IMG/VR virus record: IMGVR_UViG_3300045988_145033 | Coordinates: 64,001 to 128,000 of that record | Direction: 5' to 3' (one strand) | DNA length: 64,000 bases | Origin: a virus | Shown here: positions 45,780 through 53,807 of the stretch, piece after piece | Numbering within the stretch: position 1 is the stretch's first letter | How the letters are laid out: the number at the start of each line of letters is the position of its first letter | Translations under genes and position numbers: made by a program | The notes under the pieces: model-generated | The model's input: only the letters and a program-made list of their open reading frames with translations | Told to the model about the DNA's origin: nothing | Databases searched by the model: none

Positions 45780-45960
45780 GACAATATCTTGGATAGAGTG
45801 TACACAATTAGTTCTAACGTAAGTCCGGTAAACCGCATGGAAGCGTTCAGCAATAGGGCGGAAGTGTTACGAGTGGTTTAGAAGCCTTCGGTAGTTTGAT
45901 GCCTTTATATGCAAACCTTATCACCCGGATAGTCTTTTATACTTTTAGAATATAGATAAA
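45780..45960. ncRNA. Candidate structured non-coding RNA (GC-rich island in a convergent intergenic region). Strand unknown.
   Basis: About 50 % GC against ~30 % background. No ORF longer than 14 codons. Contains the C(UUCG)G tetraloop motif AGCCTTCGGT and CGGTaaaCCG. Fills ~260 bp of otherwise unexplained sequence. Confidence 0.3.
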
Positions 45961-45970
45961 AAAAAATAAA

Positions 45971-45989
45971 GGGAGGCGAAAGCCTCTCC
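45971..45989. terminator. Bidirectional terminator GGGAGGC-gaaa-GCCTCTCC
   Basis: A9 tract upstream, GNRA loop, T-rich tail, abutting the stop of 45996..47039. Confidence 0.6.
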
Positions 45990-45995
45990 TTATTT

Positions 45996-47039
45996 TTATT
46001 CTGTCATTTCTCTTAGCTCTTTATAAAGCTTTTCATTAAATAGCATTTCTTCTCTATCAAGTTCCATAACATAGCAAGTTATCTCAGTTCTTTCAAGAGT
46101 ACGAGATGTCCAGAATTCTACATATCCACTATTACGTGGGTAGAATTCTTTTGGAACATTTACCATATCTATAAAGTAGACTCTCTTATTTGCTATTTTA
46201 AGAGTCTTATACTTTTCAGGTATTTCATTCCAATCATCAGAAGGAAGCTCAAGAACTTGTACTCCAGAAAGTCCAACTTGAGTTGCAAACTCAGTATTAA
46301 TATGATTACCCTTATGATACGCTAAGATAAATGGTGTAGTTGTATCTACAGTATTTTTCTTAGAAGACGCATAATAGTTATTTAATTGGTCTTCCGTCAT
46401 ATACTTAGATGCTACTTTAAATCCGAATTCGTATATAAGATAACCTATACAAGCATCAGCTATCTTATTATCGTTATCGAATTTAATATGCTTTAAAACG
46501 TTAGATGAGTAATTACCCACCTTTAAAAGTTTCCAAAGCATAGGAAGATTTAGGAAGTTTGCTGAAATTTCGGGAATTACACCTTTATCAAGCTTGTACA
46601 TTATATCATCATAAGGTGCAAGTCCTAACGCATATACCACATTTCTACAGTGATATATACGGATTTTCTTTTCAGAAGCTTCTACAATATCGGTAAATCT
46701 TGTGTGAGCATCATTATCCCACTCACCACTATCGTAGAAATCTATCATCTCAAATTCAGCCGTTTGAGACGTCTTATCAAACTCGCCAGTGTATCTTAGA
46801 AGTTTGTGAGATATATTTCCACCACTTCTATGAGATACGCATACAACATCACCTTTATTAAGTATAAATAAACCGTGATTGTCATTTGATAAAGTTCCAC
46901 CGGTACGGATAAAAATACAATCTTTCTTATGACCATATTTATCTCCGATAAGTTCAGTATGTCCTGAGTTAGTCATACCTCCCCCTTTTTCCCAGAATGC
47001 TGGGTAACCCTTTTTAGTAAATGCTATTTGTAATTTCAT
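45996..47039 (-). CDS. Hypothetical protein (347 aa)
   Basis: ORF with AAAGGAGG RBS. Confidence 0.7.
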   Translation of the reverse strand: MKLQIAFTKKGYPAFWEKGGGMTNSGHTELIGDKYGHKKDCIFIRTGGTLSNDNHGLFILNKGDVVCVSHRSGGNISHKLLRYTGEFDKTSQTAEFEMIDFYDSGEWDNDAHTRFTDIVEASEKKIRIYHCRNVVYALGLAPYDDIMYKLDKGVIPEISANFLNLPMLWKLLKVGNYSSNVLKHIKFDNDNKIADACIGYLIYEFGFKVASKYMTEDQLNNYYASSKKNTVDTTTPFILAYHKGNHINTEFATQVGLSGVQVLELPSDDWNEIPEKYKTLKIANKRVYFIDMVNVPKEFYPRNSGYVEFWTSRTLERTEITCYVMELDREEMLFNEKLYKELREMTE

Positions 47040-47156
47040 AATATCATTCCTCCTTTTAATTTTAAATTAAGACATTATTGCCTTTTAATATTATTTATTA
47101 CTATAGTTATTATATATAATCAAATGCAAAAATTCGTAGGAGCATAAAAAAAATAA

Positions 47157-47178
47157 GGAGAGGTTTGTGAACCCCTCC
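47157..47178 (-). terminator. Terminator GGAGAGG-tttgtgaa-CCCCTCC
   Basis: An A-C mismatch on the plus strand becomes a G-U pair in the minus transcript. Lies after the stop of 47187..47438. Confidence 0.55.
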
Positions 47179-47186
47179 AAATTATT

Positions 47187-47438
47187 TTAGATTTTAGTCA
47201 CAGTAATAAATGCAGAGAATATGACAGTATTGTTACCGCTGTCATAAGTTGATGAATATTGTATTTGCGGAATACCATTATATCCATCATTCTTGAATTT
47301 ACAAACCATTTCCAAAACTAAATCTGTTAAAGGAGTTGCCCCCTTTTCAGAAGATGTCCAAACGTGTCCCATACAAACATCTCCTCTCATTTCTCTTTCC
47401 AATCTGTCTCCAATAGTTTCATTAAATAATGTAGTCAT
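47187..47438 (-). CDS. Hypothetical early protein (83 aa)
   Basis: Directly downstream of early module C. Confidence 0.65.
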   Translation of the reverse strand: MTTLFNETIGDRLEREMRGDVCMGHVWTSSEKGATPLTDLVLEMVCKFKNDGYNGIPQIQYSSTYDSGNNTVIFSAFITVTKI

Positions 47439-47536
47439 TTTAAACCTCCTCAGGTATTTTAAATTTTGGCATTAAGAACTCTCAACCCTTGTTAAGTTTA
47501 TTCTCTTGCTCTTACTTTTATTATATATAATTGAAA
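47439..47536 (-). promoter_or_regulatory. Early-type promoter/leader module C (hairpin CTTAAC-aagg-GTTGAG with a G-U pair)
   Basis: Near-identical to A, B and D. Confidence 0.55.
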
Positions 47537-47583
47537 ATAAAAATTACGTAACTTCTTCTAGGAACATAGAAAAAAAAAATAAA

Positions 47584-47602
47584 GGTGAGGATAAACCCCA
47601 CC
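47584..47602 (-). terminator. Terminator GGTGAGG-ataaa-CCCCACC (conserved module)
   Basis: Same module as at ~37831 and ~49980. Confidence 0.65.
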
Positions 47603-47612
47603 AATATCTTTA

Positions 47613-47987
47613 TTAATTTTTATAAGCTGTATAGTCTCTTATAATATCAAGACAAGTTTCTAAGTTGTCAGATAGTTCAAATCCTGCTGGACCTCTATCT
47701 TTCATATCAAGCATAAGAGCAACTTCTTCTCTTATTTGTTCACGATTAAGCCATTCTCTCATCCTTGTAGGACTATAGCTTTTACCTTTCTTAAATTCAG
47801 TTAATATAAACTCATTATTCTTTATTTCAAATGATACTATAAACTCATTTCTTGGAGATAGTTCTTTATCTTTAAGCTCGTGTCCTTTATCATCAAATAT
47901 TACGGTTTCAAATAATACCTCTATAATCTTATGATTCTTAGTCCATTTCTTATTAGTTTTTGTTAGTCTTATCATTCTTGAAACCAT
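47613..47987 (-). CDS. Hypothetical early protein (124 aa)
   Basis: Last gene of the six-gene early operon. Confidence 0.65.
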   Translation of the reverse strand: MVSRMIRLTKTNKKWTKNHKIIEVLFETVIFDDKGHELKDKELSPRNEFIVSFEIKNNEFILTEFKKGKSYSPTRMREWLNREQIREEVALMLDMKDRGPAGFELSDNLETCLDIIRDYTAYKN

Positions 47988-48319
47988 TATTCATCACACC
48001 CTTCTGTAAAGATTTCTTGCATTTTATACGTATTAGTATCTCTATCAAAGTGAGCTAAATCAAGTCTCACCTTATTATTAATACAAGCATTTATAACAGC
48101 TGCTGTTGCTTGAGTAAGTCCAGTTACATACAAAACTAACTTATCCTCTTTTAAGTTAAAGCTGTCCCCTTCAGCACCTACTATTTCAATAACTCTTCTA
48201 TTAGCAAGTCTGAATAAATCTCCAAATGCTAGAGGATTTGCTATATCCCCTTCGAATACATATTCACTTACTGGTAATTCATGTCTCCCTTTTATTAAAC
48301 CTACTTTTAATTCTCTCAT
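47987..48319 (-). CDS. Hypothetical early protein (110 aa), possibly a Rossmann-like nucleotide-binding fold
   Basis: Beta-strand KVGLIKGRHELPV followed by the Gly-rich helix start LYVTGLTQATAAVINA. Its stop overlaps the next start by 1 nt. Confidence 0.6.
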   Translation of the reverse strand: MRELKVGLIKGRHELPVSEYVFEGDIANPLAFGDLFRLANRRVIEIVGAEGDSFNLKEDKLVLYVTGLTQATAAVINACINNKVRLDLAHFDRDTNTYKMQEIFTEGCDE

Positions 48320-48339
48320 CTTTATTCCTCCTTAAAATT

Positions 48340-48702
48340 TTAATAATCGCATATAGTATATATAACTTCCATCATAGTAGCAAGCACATAATAGTAATAC
48401 TTATATTCTTCATCATTGTCTTTAGCTTTATTATATTTATCAACAAGCTCCATATATTCCTTATAAGTTGGTATTTCCTTTTTATCAAAGTATGATGAGC
48501 ATAAATCATCGCATACTTGTAACTTAAATAATTCAGGTACATCTTTTGCAAATAGTTTATCCCATTCTTCATCAACTATAATTGATATATCTGGTAGGTT
48601 AAGTATAGCATAATCATCGACTGTTATTTTGTGAGTTTCTTCCCACGCCTTAACTAAGGCTGCTACATTTAGTATTTCTTTTTCTCCTATTCTTTTTAGC
48701 AT
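48340..48702 (-). CDS. Hypothetical early protein (120 aa)
   Basis: Operon member with AAGGAGG RBS. Confidence 0.65.
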   Translation of the reverse strand: MLKRIGEKEILNVAALVKAWEETHKITVDDYAILNLPDISIIVDEEWDKLFAKDVPELFKLQVCDDLCSSYFDKKEIPTYKEYMELVDKYNKAKDNDEEYKYYYYVLATMMEVIYTICDY

Positions 48703-49091
48703 TCTACTACCTCCAATTTTGTAACTTTATTAAGTTGCTTAGTCACACCAGTTAAAGCAGTTTCTATGTCGTGTTGTATCATGTACATTGTCTTATCGTA
48801 TCTTGAAGTTAGAACTAAATCTTCATGTGATAATACAAACGCTTCAAATATAAATATAGTGTCGGCTTGTTTTAAGATATTTTTAACTATAGCTGTACTT
48901 ACATCATTTTTGATATCTATGGATACTATCTCAAACTCTCCACAGAATATACTACACTTTAATCCAAATAATGGCTTTCTTACTTCTTCCTTATATTTAG
49001 ATACTGTAACCAAATTAGCTACAATACCTATAGTTCTTGTGTATAATAATTTATTTTCTTCAGTTTTGCTAAATTCTATATATTTTCTCAT
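48696..49091 (-). CDS. Hypothetical early protein (131 aa)
   Basis: Overlaps the downstream gene by 7 nt. Confidence 0.65.
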   Translation of the reverse strand: MRKYIEFSKTEENKLLYTRTIGIVANLVTVSKYKEEVRKPLFGLKCSIFCGEFEIVSIDIKNDVSTAIVKNILKQADTIFIFEAFVLSHEDLVLTSRYDKTMYMIQHDIETALTGVTKQLNKVTKLEVVEC

Positions 49092-49104
49092 AGTTATCTC
49101 CTTT

Positions 49105-49512
49105 TTATTTTGATAGAAAATCTAATATAAATTTTGGTACATTTTGATATCTAGTCAAGCATTCTACTTTAATATCATCTCTTGTGAAGTGTATAGCATA
49201 AGATACCATATAAGGTTTTGTGTATACATTATGTATATCATTATAAGTATCTTCGTAGATAGTTATAACTTTACCTTCAGGTATACTTTTCTTTATCTTA
49301 TCATACGCCACAGAATACACTCCTTGAATGATGTTTACAGCGTCTGTGATGCCCAAATTTACCTTTGAAAGATGTAAAGCGTGCATTTCATTGTCTTTAC
49401 GAAATACCACTTCAGATACCCTTACATCAGCTGATATGACACCTAGATAAAATGAATCTTTATCATCAGTGTGAATATGTCTTATACATTCAGTGTCTAT
49501 AAGTTTAAGCAT
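49105..49512 (-). CDS. Hypothetical early protein (135 aa)
   Basis: Operon member. Confidence 0.65.
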   Translation of the reverse strand: MLKLIDTECIRHIHTDDKDSFYLGVISADVRVSEVVFRKDNEMHALHLSKVNLGITDAVNIIQGVYSVAYDKIKKSIPEGKVITIYEDTYNDIHNVYTKPYMVSYAIHFTRDDIKVECLTRYQNVPKFILDFLSK

Positions 49513-49867
49513 TTATATCACCACCTTCTATGTCATACTCAAGCATATCATGACCAGCATAATCAAGAGCTATAACTTTTAAATCAAGAAGCTTAGGTAA
49601 GTTTATTGGTTTATCTAAGTCATCTTCATATTCATTTAAGAACTCTTCAAAATCCCAAAGAGATACCTTGTTATTATAGTCAGGATATAGAATTGAACCG
49701 TACACTTTAGAGTACATTACAACCGCCATATTCCCACCTTTAAACAGTGATACCCAATCCTTCCAAAGAGCATCATGTATTCTCATATTATGCTCCTTTG
49801 ATGAATGTCCATTCTTATAGTTCTCTATAAGACTCCTTGCCAGTGTTTTCCATTTTTGTAAATCCAT
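49505..49867 (-). CDS. Hypothetical early protein (120 aa)
   Basis: First gene of the operon, with AAAGGAGG RBS. Confidence 0.65.
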   Translation of the reverse strand: MDLQKWKTLARSLIENYKNGHSSKEHNMRIHDALWKDWVSLFKGGNMAVVMYSKVYGSILYPDYNNKVSLWDFEEFLNEYEDDLDKPINLPKLLDLKVIALDYAGHDMLEYDIEGGDINA

Positions 49868-49979
49868 AGAATTTACCTCCTTTAAATTTTTATTTGACTT
49901 TGGCTTGATTGCCTTGTCTTATGTATATAATATATAGCTTATTATAAGAATGCTGTGGAACGTAGAAAAAAAAAATAAA

Positions 49980-49998
49980 GGTGAGGATAAACCCCACC
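49980..49998 (-). terminator. Terminator GGTGAGG-ataaa-CCCCACC (conserved module GGAACGTAGAAAAAAAAAATAAAGGTGAGG...)
   Basis: Third copy of the module, after the stop of 50008..50241. Confidence 0.65.
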
Positions 49999-50007
49999 AA
50001 TATTCTT

Positions 50008-50241
50008 TTATTCATTTAAAGTTAATCTGCGTTTTAGAAGATATATATAATCTTCTAAGATTTTAATATCTGTAGAGAAGTCTTCTCCAAGATATTTATT
50101 TTTTATTGGTGCGTCTGGATTATGTATCCAGTTTGAAGCCTTCATTTGTTCTGAGACTTCTCCTTTCTTTAGTGCAAACAGTCTTCCTTCGGCTGTTTTA
50201 ATTTTGTTTTGGATTACTTCGATTTCTTTTTTATTTAACAT
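50008..50241 (-). CDS. Hypothetical early protein (77 aa)
   Basis: Directly downstream of early module D. Confidence 0.65.
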   Translation of the reverse strand: MLNKKEIEVIQNKIKTAEGRLFALKKGEVSEQMKASNWIHNPDAPIKNKYLGEDFSTDIKILEDYIYLLKRRLTLNE

Positions 50242-50336
50242 ATTATCTACCTCCTCAGGTATTAAATTTAGACGTCGGAATTCTCAACCCTTGTTAAGTT
50301 TATTCCTTATCTCTACATTTATTATATATAATTGAA
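50242..50336 (-). promoter_or_regulatory. Early-type promoter/leader module D (hairpin CTTAAC-aagg-GTTGAG). The most similar copy to module A.
   Basis: GGTATTAAATTTAGACGTCGGAA is shared verbatim with module A. Confidence 0.55.
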
Positions 50337-50353
50337 AAAAAAAACGTAGAAAT

Positions 50354-50746
50354 TTACTTATTTGCAATCTTTTCTACATTCTCTGTGAAGAAATCATCAT
50401 AAGATTTTGCATACTTTAAGTAATATTTCTCTTTAGGTTTTTCTCCGTTACTTGTTTGTCTTATTATGTTTGCGAAGTCTTTAATAGATACACCTATAAA
50501 TTCTATTATCTCTTTATTTGTGAGTAGAGTCTCATCCTCACAATGATTAATCTTTACAGATATATCATTGCATATAAAACTATATCTTCTTTTAACTACT
50601 ATATCTAAGTCTATAAGTCCACTAAAACTTAATCTATTAGATTCATTCAAATCAGCTCTTACTTTATATTCTATAAATATATCACCGCACTCAATACCAT
50701 ATTGCCATATCTTAAATATGTATCTGTCATCATTTGTTCTTTCCAT
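50354..50746 (-). CDS. Hypothetical protein (130 aa)
   Basis: ORF with AAGGAGAG RBS. Confidence 0.65.
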   Translation of the reverse strand: MERTNDDRYIFKIWQYGIECGDIFIEYKVRADLNESNRLSFSGLIDLDIVVKRRYSFICNDISVKINHCEDETLLTNKEIIEFIGVSIKDFANIIRQTSNGEKPKEKYYLKYAKSYDDFFTENVEKIANK

Positions 50747-50800
50747 TATATCACTCTCCTTTATATTCTATTTAAAAGTTTTTCAAAAAATAAAATAATA

Positions 50801-50818
50801 TACTCCCCGAAGGGAGTA
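50801..50818 (-). terminator. Terminator TACTCCC-cgaa-GGGAGTA
   Basis: Perfect 7-bp stem with flanking A/T runs, after the stop of 50827..51315. Confidence 0.6.
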
Positions 50819-50826
50819 TACATTTA

Positions 50827-51315
50827 TTATTTGTCATCCATTGTAGCGTGGTCTGAGTCAATGATAGTTTGTTCAGGTTCTATTCTTTCGTCATTCATAT
50901 CACCTAAAGTAACTTCACCGTCAGCTTTATTTTCAGTTTCAGGCATTATATCTGTAGCTCCTACTTTAATAGAGTCTCCATCAATAACAGCACCTGCTCC
51001 TGCTTCTAATTGGTCTATTAATGATTCGTGGAATTTAGTAGCTTTGTCTATTTTACCTAAAGCTTCAGCATATTCAACTTCAACATTAACACTTTCTACA
51101 GTGTCACTTCCCGGTTCAACTGGTATATCTACAGTTATACTTGGAACTTCAGGAGCATCAGCATCTACATTAACTTCAGCCGTGTCACTTGCTTCTATTG
51201 AAACAGTTTGAGCATCATCTAAAGTGTCAGCTGGAGCTACTTCAGATTCTCCGTAAATATTTGGTTTATTGAATAAAGAGAAGTCTACTCCGTCTTTACC
51301 TATTTTTTGATACAT
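50827..51315 (-). CDS. Highly acidic hypothetical protein (162 aa)
   Basis: ORF with AGGAGG RBS. D/E/V/A-rich. Confidence 0.65.
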   Translation of the reverse strand: MYQKIGKDGVDFSLFNKPNIYGESEVAPADTLDDAQTVSIEASDTAEVNVDADAPEVPSITVDIPVEPGSDTVESVNVEVEYAEALGKIDKATKFHESLIDQLEAGAGAVIDGDSIKVGATDIMPETENKADGEVTLGDMNDERIEPEQTIIDSDHATMDDK

Positions 51316-51370
51316 ATTTATACCTCCTAGTTATTTTTAATTTTATTAATTTCTCTATAAAAATGTTAAT

Positions 51371-51739
51371 TTATTGCTTTCTATCCATTTTATCTGAGAT
51401 TTTGTTATACAAAGAATCGAAGGACTTATTAAGTTCAGTTCTATCAGGTATTGCACCTAGTCTATACTTAATCTCATCCATATCTTCTTGTAGCTTTTTA
51501 ATATTATCTTCATGTGTAGAAAGCCTTACATCAGATGCAACTGAACGGTGTTTAAGTTCTTCCATAGTAACCTGTATATCGTGTATAGACCCGTTTATAT
51601 GATTTATTTCTATTGCTTGCTGATAAGTTGTAATAGTAAGAGTTACAAGTCCAACTATAGCTCCTCCTATTAAGGTAGTAAGTAAGGTTCCGGCATTTTC
51701 AAGTATTGATGAAAATGGTCCTTTATTGTTATTTGACAT
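51371..51739 (-). CDS. Small membrane-anchored coiled-coil protein (122 aa)
   Basis: N-terminal TM helix LLTTLIGGAIVGLVTLTITTY followed by a heptad-like region. Confidence 0.65.
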   Translation of the reverse strand: MSNNNKGPFSSILENAGTLLTTLIGGAIVGLVTLTITTYQQAIEINHINGSIHDIQVTMEELKHRSVASDVRLSTHEDNIKKLQEDMDEIKYRLGAIPDRTELNKSFDSLYNKISDKMDRKQ

Positions 51740-51753
51740 AACCTAAAACCTCC

Positions 51754-52197
51754 TTATTCAGATTTAGATTTTTTGTTCTTTTTCCCTTTCTTTTCTGTAG
51801 CTTCTTCAGATTCGACAGTTTCTGATGCTTCTTCTGTAGATTCTCCGGAACCAGTAGTTTCTTCTTCAACTAATCCTTCCTCTTCTTCTACAAGTTCTTC
51901 TTCGGGATACATTGCTTCTTCCATTTCTTGTGCTTCTTTTACGATATCCTCATTTACATAACCTAACTCATACAATTTATTATATAAGCTATCATTTAAT
52001 ACAACTGGTGTATCTAAATTATGAATTGTAATTTCAACTTGTCCATTTGCCTTTGCTGCTATTATATCTCCCATTCCAACCCATACTGGATTTAATATAG
52101 GTAGCGGATAAGGAAGTCCGTGTCCGTGAGTTACAGCATCACTATTGTCCTTTAATCTCGCAGTTATCAGTAATTGTCTTTCTTCTATTTTAGCCAT
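51754..52197 (-). CDS. Hypothetical protein (147 aa) with an acidic Glu-rich C-terminal tail
   Basis: ORF with AGGAGG RBS. Confidence 0.65.
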   Translation of the reverse strand: MAKIEERQLLITARLKDNSDAVTHGHGLPYPLPILNPVWVGMGDIIAAKANGQVEITIHNLDTPVVLNDSLYNKLYELGYVNEDIVKEAQEMEEAMYPEEELVEEEEGLVEEETTGSGESTEEASETVESEEATEKKGKKNKKSKSE

Positions 52198-52352
52198 TTA
52201 TAAACCTCCTATATATTTATTACATTTGAAATTCTGCCTCTTTTTGTTGATTAGCTATTATTGCAAGAGTGTCTTTATTATCTTGATATAATCCAACGTC
52301 AAGGCAGTGCATTATTTCTGGTATCAGTACATAACTTAACATAAAATCCATA

Positions 52353-53708
52353 CTATCTCTTCACCTCCGCTAAATCATCTAATAGGAACTTAGGGTCTTT
52401 TTGAGCTCCATCTATTGTAAGTTTTAGAAGATATAGTATTATAGGAACTATTAAGAAATCCTCTAAAGTATCATCAACTTCCAAATCTACAGTTTCATCT
52501 AAGATACTTGCTGGGTCTTCAGCTATTCTCATAATAGATGATATAATATCACTATCGCTATCCAAAAGCTTTTCTGAACTTTTCTTTAAACTGTCAAGCT
52601 CTACAAGAGTTGGAATCTTTTTAACATTCGAGCTATCCTTTATTAGATACTCAGCTGTCTTATCAGACGGTATTCCTATAGACATTAAAGCTACATTTGG
52701 AGATGCGAATTGATTTAACTGAGTTAGATATCTTTGCTTAGGAAACCATTTCATAAGCTTTGTATATCTTCCACCTACTTCAAATTCCTTTACATCAAAT
52801 CTTGAAAAATTACCCAAAAAAGAAGATAAGTCATCATAAGTTATATCACCATACATTGATTTTTCAAAATCAAATGGTGTCATATCCTCATGTGTGAGTA
52901 TAAGCTCACCTACATACTTTTGTGAAAACTCATACATTATAGGACGCATTCTTCTTTGAAACTCTACAAGCATAGGGGAGTAGTATATCATATCTATTGG
53001 GTGCTCGGGATTATCTTCACATACATGAGAATATAAAAGTAAATTATATTCTTCATTGTAAAACGTTTCCAAGTATTCATTATTAATTCTTGCATAAGTT
53101 GCAACTAGCTTTCTTATATAAGCTACCGTTCCTATATCTATGATAGTTACTTTATTGTCTCCAACATTACCCATCACAAAATCGTAATTTCCTACAGTTT
53201 GCTTTTCAAGTTGCTTAAACTTATCAGGGTCTTTGTCAGATACAGCATAATAAGTATAAGTTATATGATGATGAGGTTCTTGAAGTATCGTATTAGCATC
53301 AGCTCTTGTCACACGAAACATAAGTTCCTTTGCTCCCGGTAAGGATATTACAAGCAAATCTCCTACTTGTGGATAAAACCCCGGAAGAATTAAACTCTCA
53401 TTATCAAGCTCTATAGTTATACCTTTTATATCCGTCTTTCTAGTTTCCCTATTAAACTCTTTAAAGGCATAAAGCGGAGTATTATTAATTCTATTATATC
53501 TTACAGGTGAGTCTGGTGATAACCAGTCATATACTTGTCCCATACCTTTAGAACCCGTACTATCAGCATTTGATATATTATAGTATCTACAGAAGATAGG
53601 TTTTGACTCCATTCTTCTTACATTGTATTTATAGTATCTTCTCGCTTGATTTCTGAGCATCTTATTCGTCGTATCAACCGTTTGGTCTTTTAAATTCAAG
53701 GATTTCAC
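52353..53708 (-). CDS. Hypothetical protein (451 aa)
   Basis: ORF with RBS GGAGGTGAA. Confidence 0.7.
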   Translation of the reverse strand: MKSLNLKDQTVDTTNKMLRNQARRYYKYNVRRMESKPIFCRYYNISNADSTGSKGMGQVYDWLSPDSPVRYNRINNTPLYAFKEFNRETRKTDIKGITIELDNESLILPGFYPQVGDLLVISLPGAKELMFRVTRADANTILQEPHHHITYTYYAVSDKDPDKFKQLEKQTVGNYDFVMGNVGDNKVTIIDIGTVAYIRKLVATYARINNEYLETFYNEEYNLLLYSHVCEDNPEHPIDMIYYSPMLVEFQRRMRPIMYEFSQKYVGELILTHEDMTPFDFEKSMYGDITYDDLSSFLGNFSRFDVKEFEVGGRYTKLMKWFPKQRYLTQLNQFASPNVALMSIGIPSDKTAEYLIKDSSNVKKIPTLVELDSLKKSSEKLLDSDSDIISSIMRIAEDPASILDETVDLEVDDTLEDFLIVPIILYLLKLTIDGAQKDPKFLLDDLAEVKR

Positions 53709-53759
53709 CTCCTATTAAAATTGTAAATTTCTCTAAAAAGGTGTTCGATACAGTGAAAA

Positions 53760-53771
53760 ACAGCCCTTTAG
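53760..53771 (+). promoter_or_regulatory. Late-type promoter AACA-GCCCTT-TA-GTTAAAAATTATAAATAAAATAGGAGG
   Basis: A 21-nt core identical to the minus-strand promoter at ~14713. Confidence 0.55.
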
Positions 53772-53807
53772 TTAAAAATTATAAATAAAATAGGAGGTTT
53801 AAAATAT

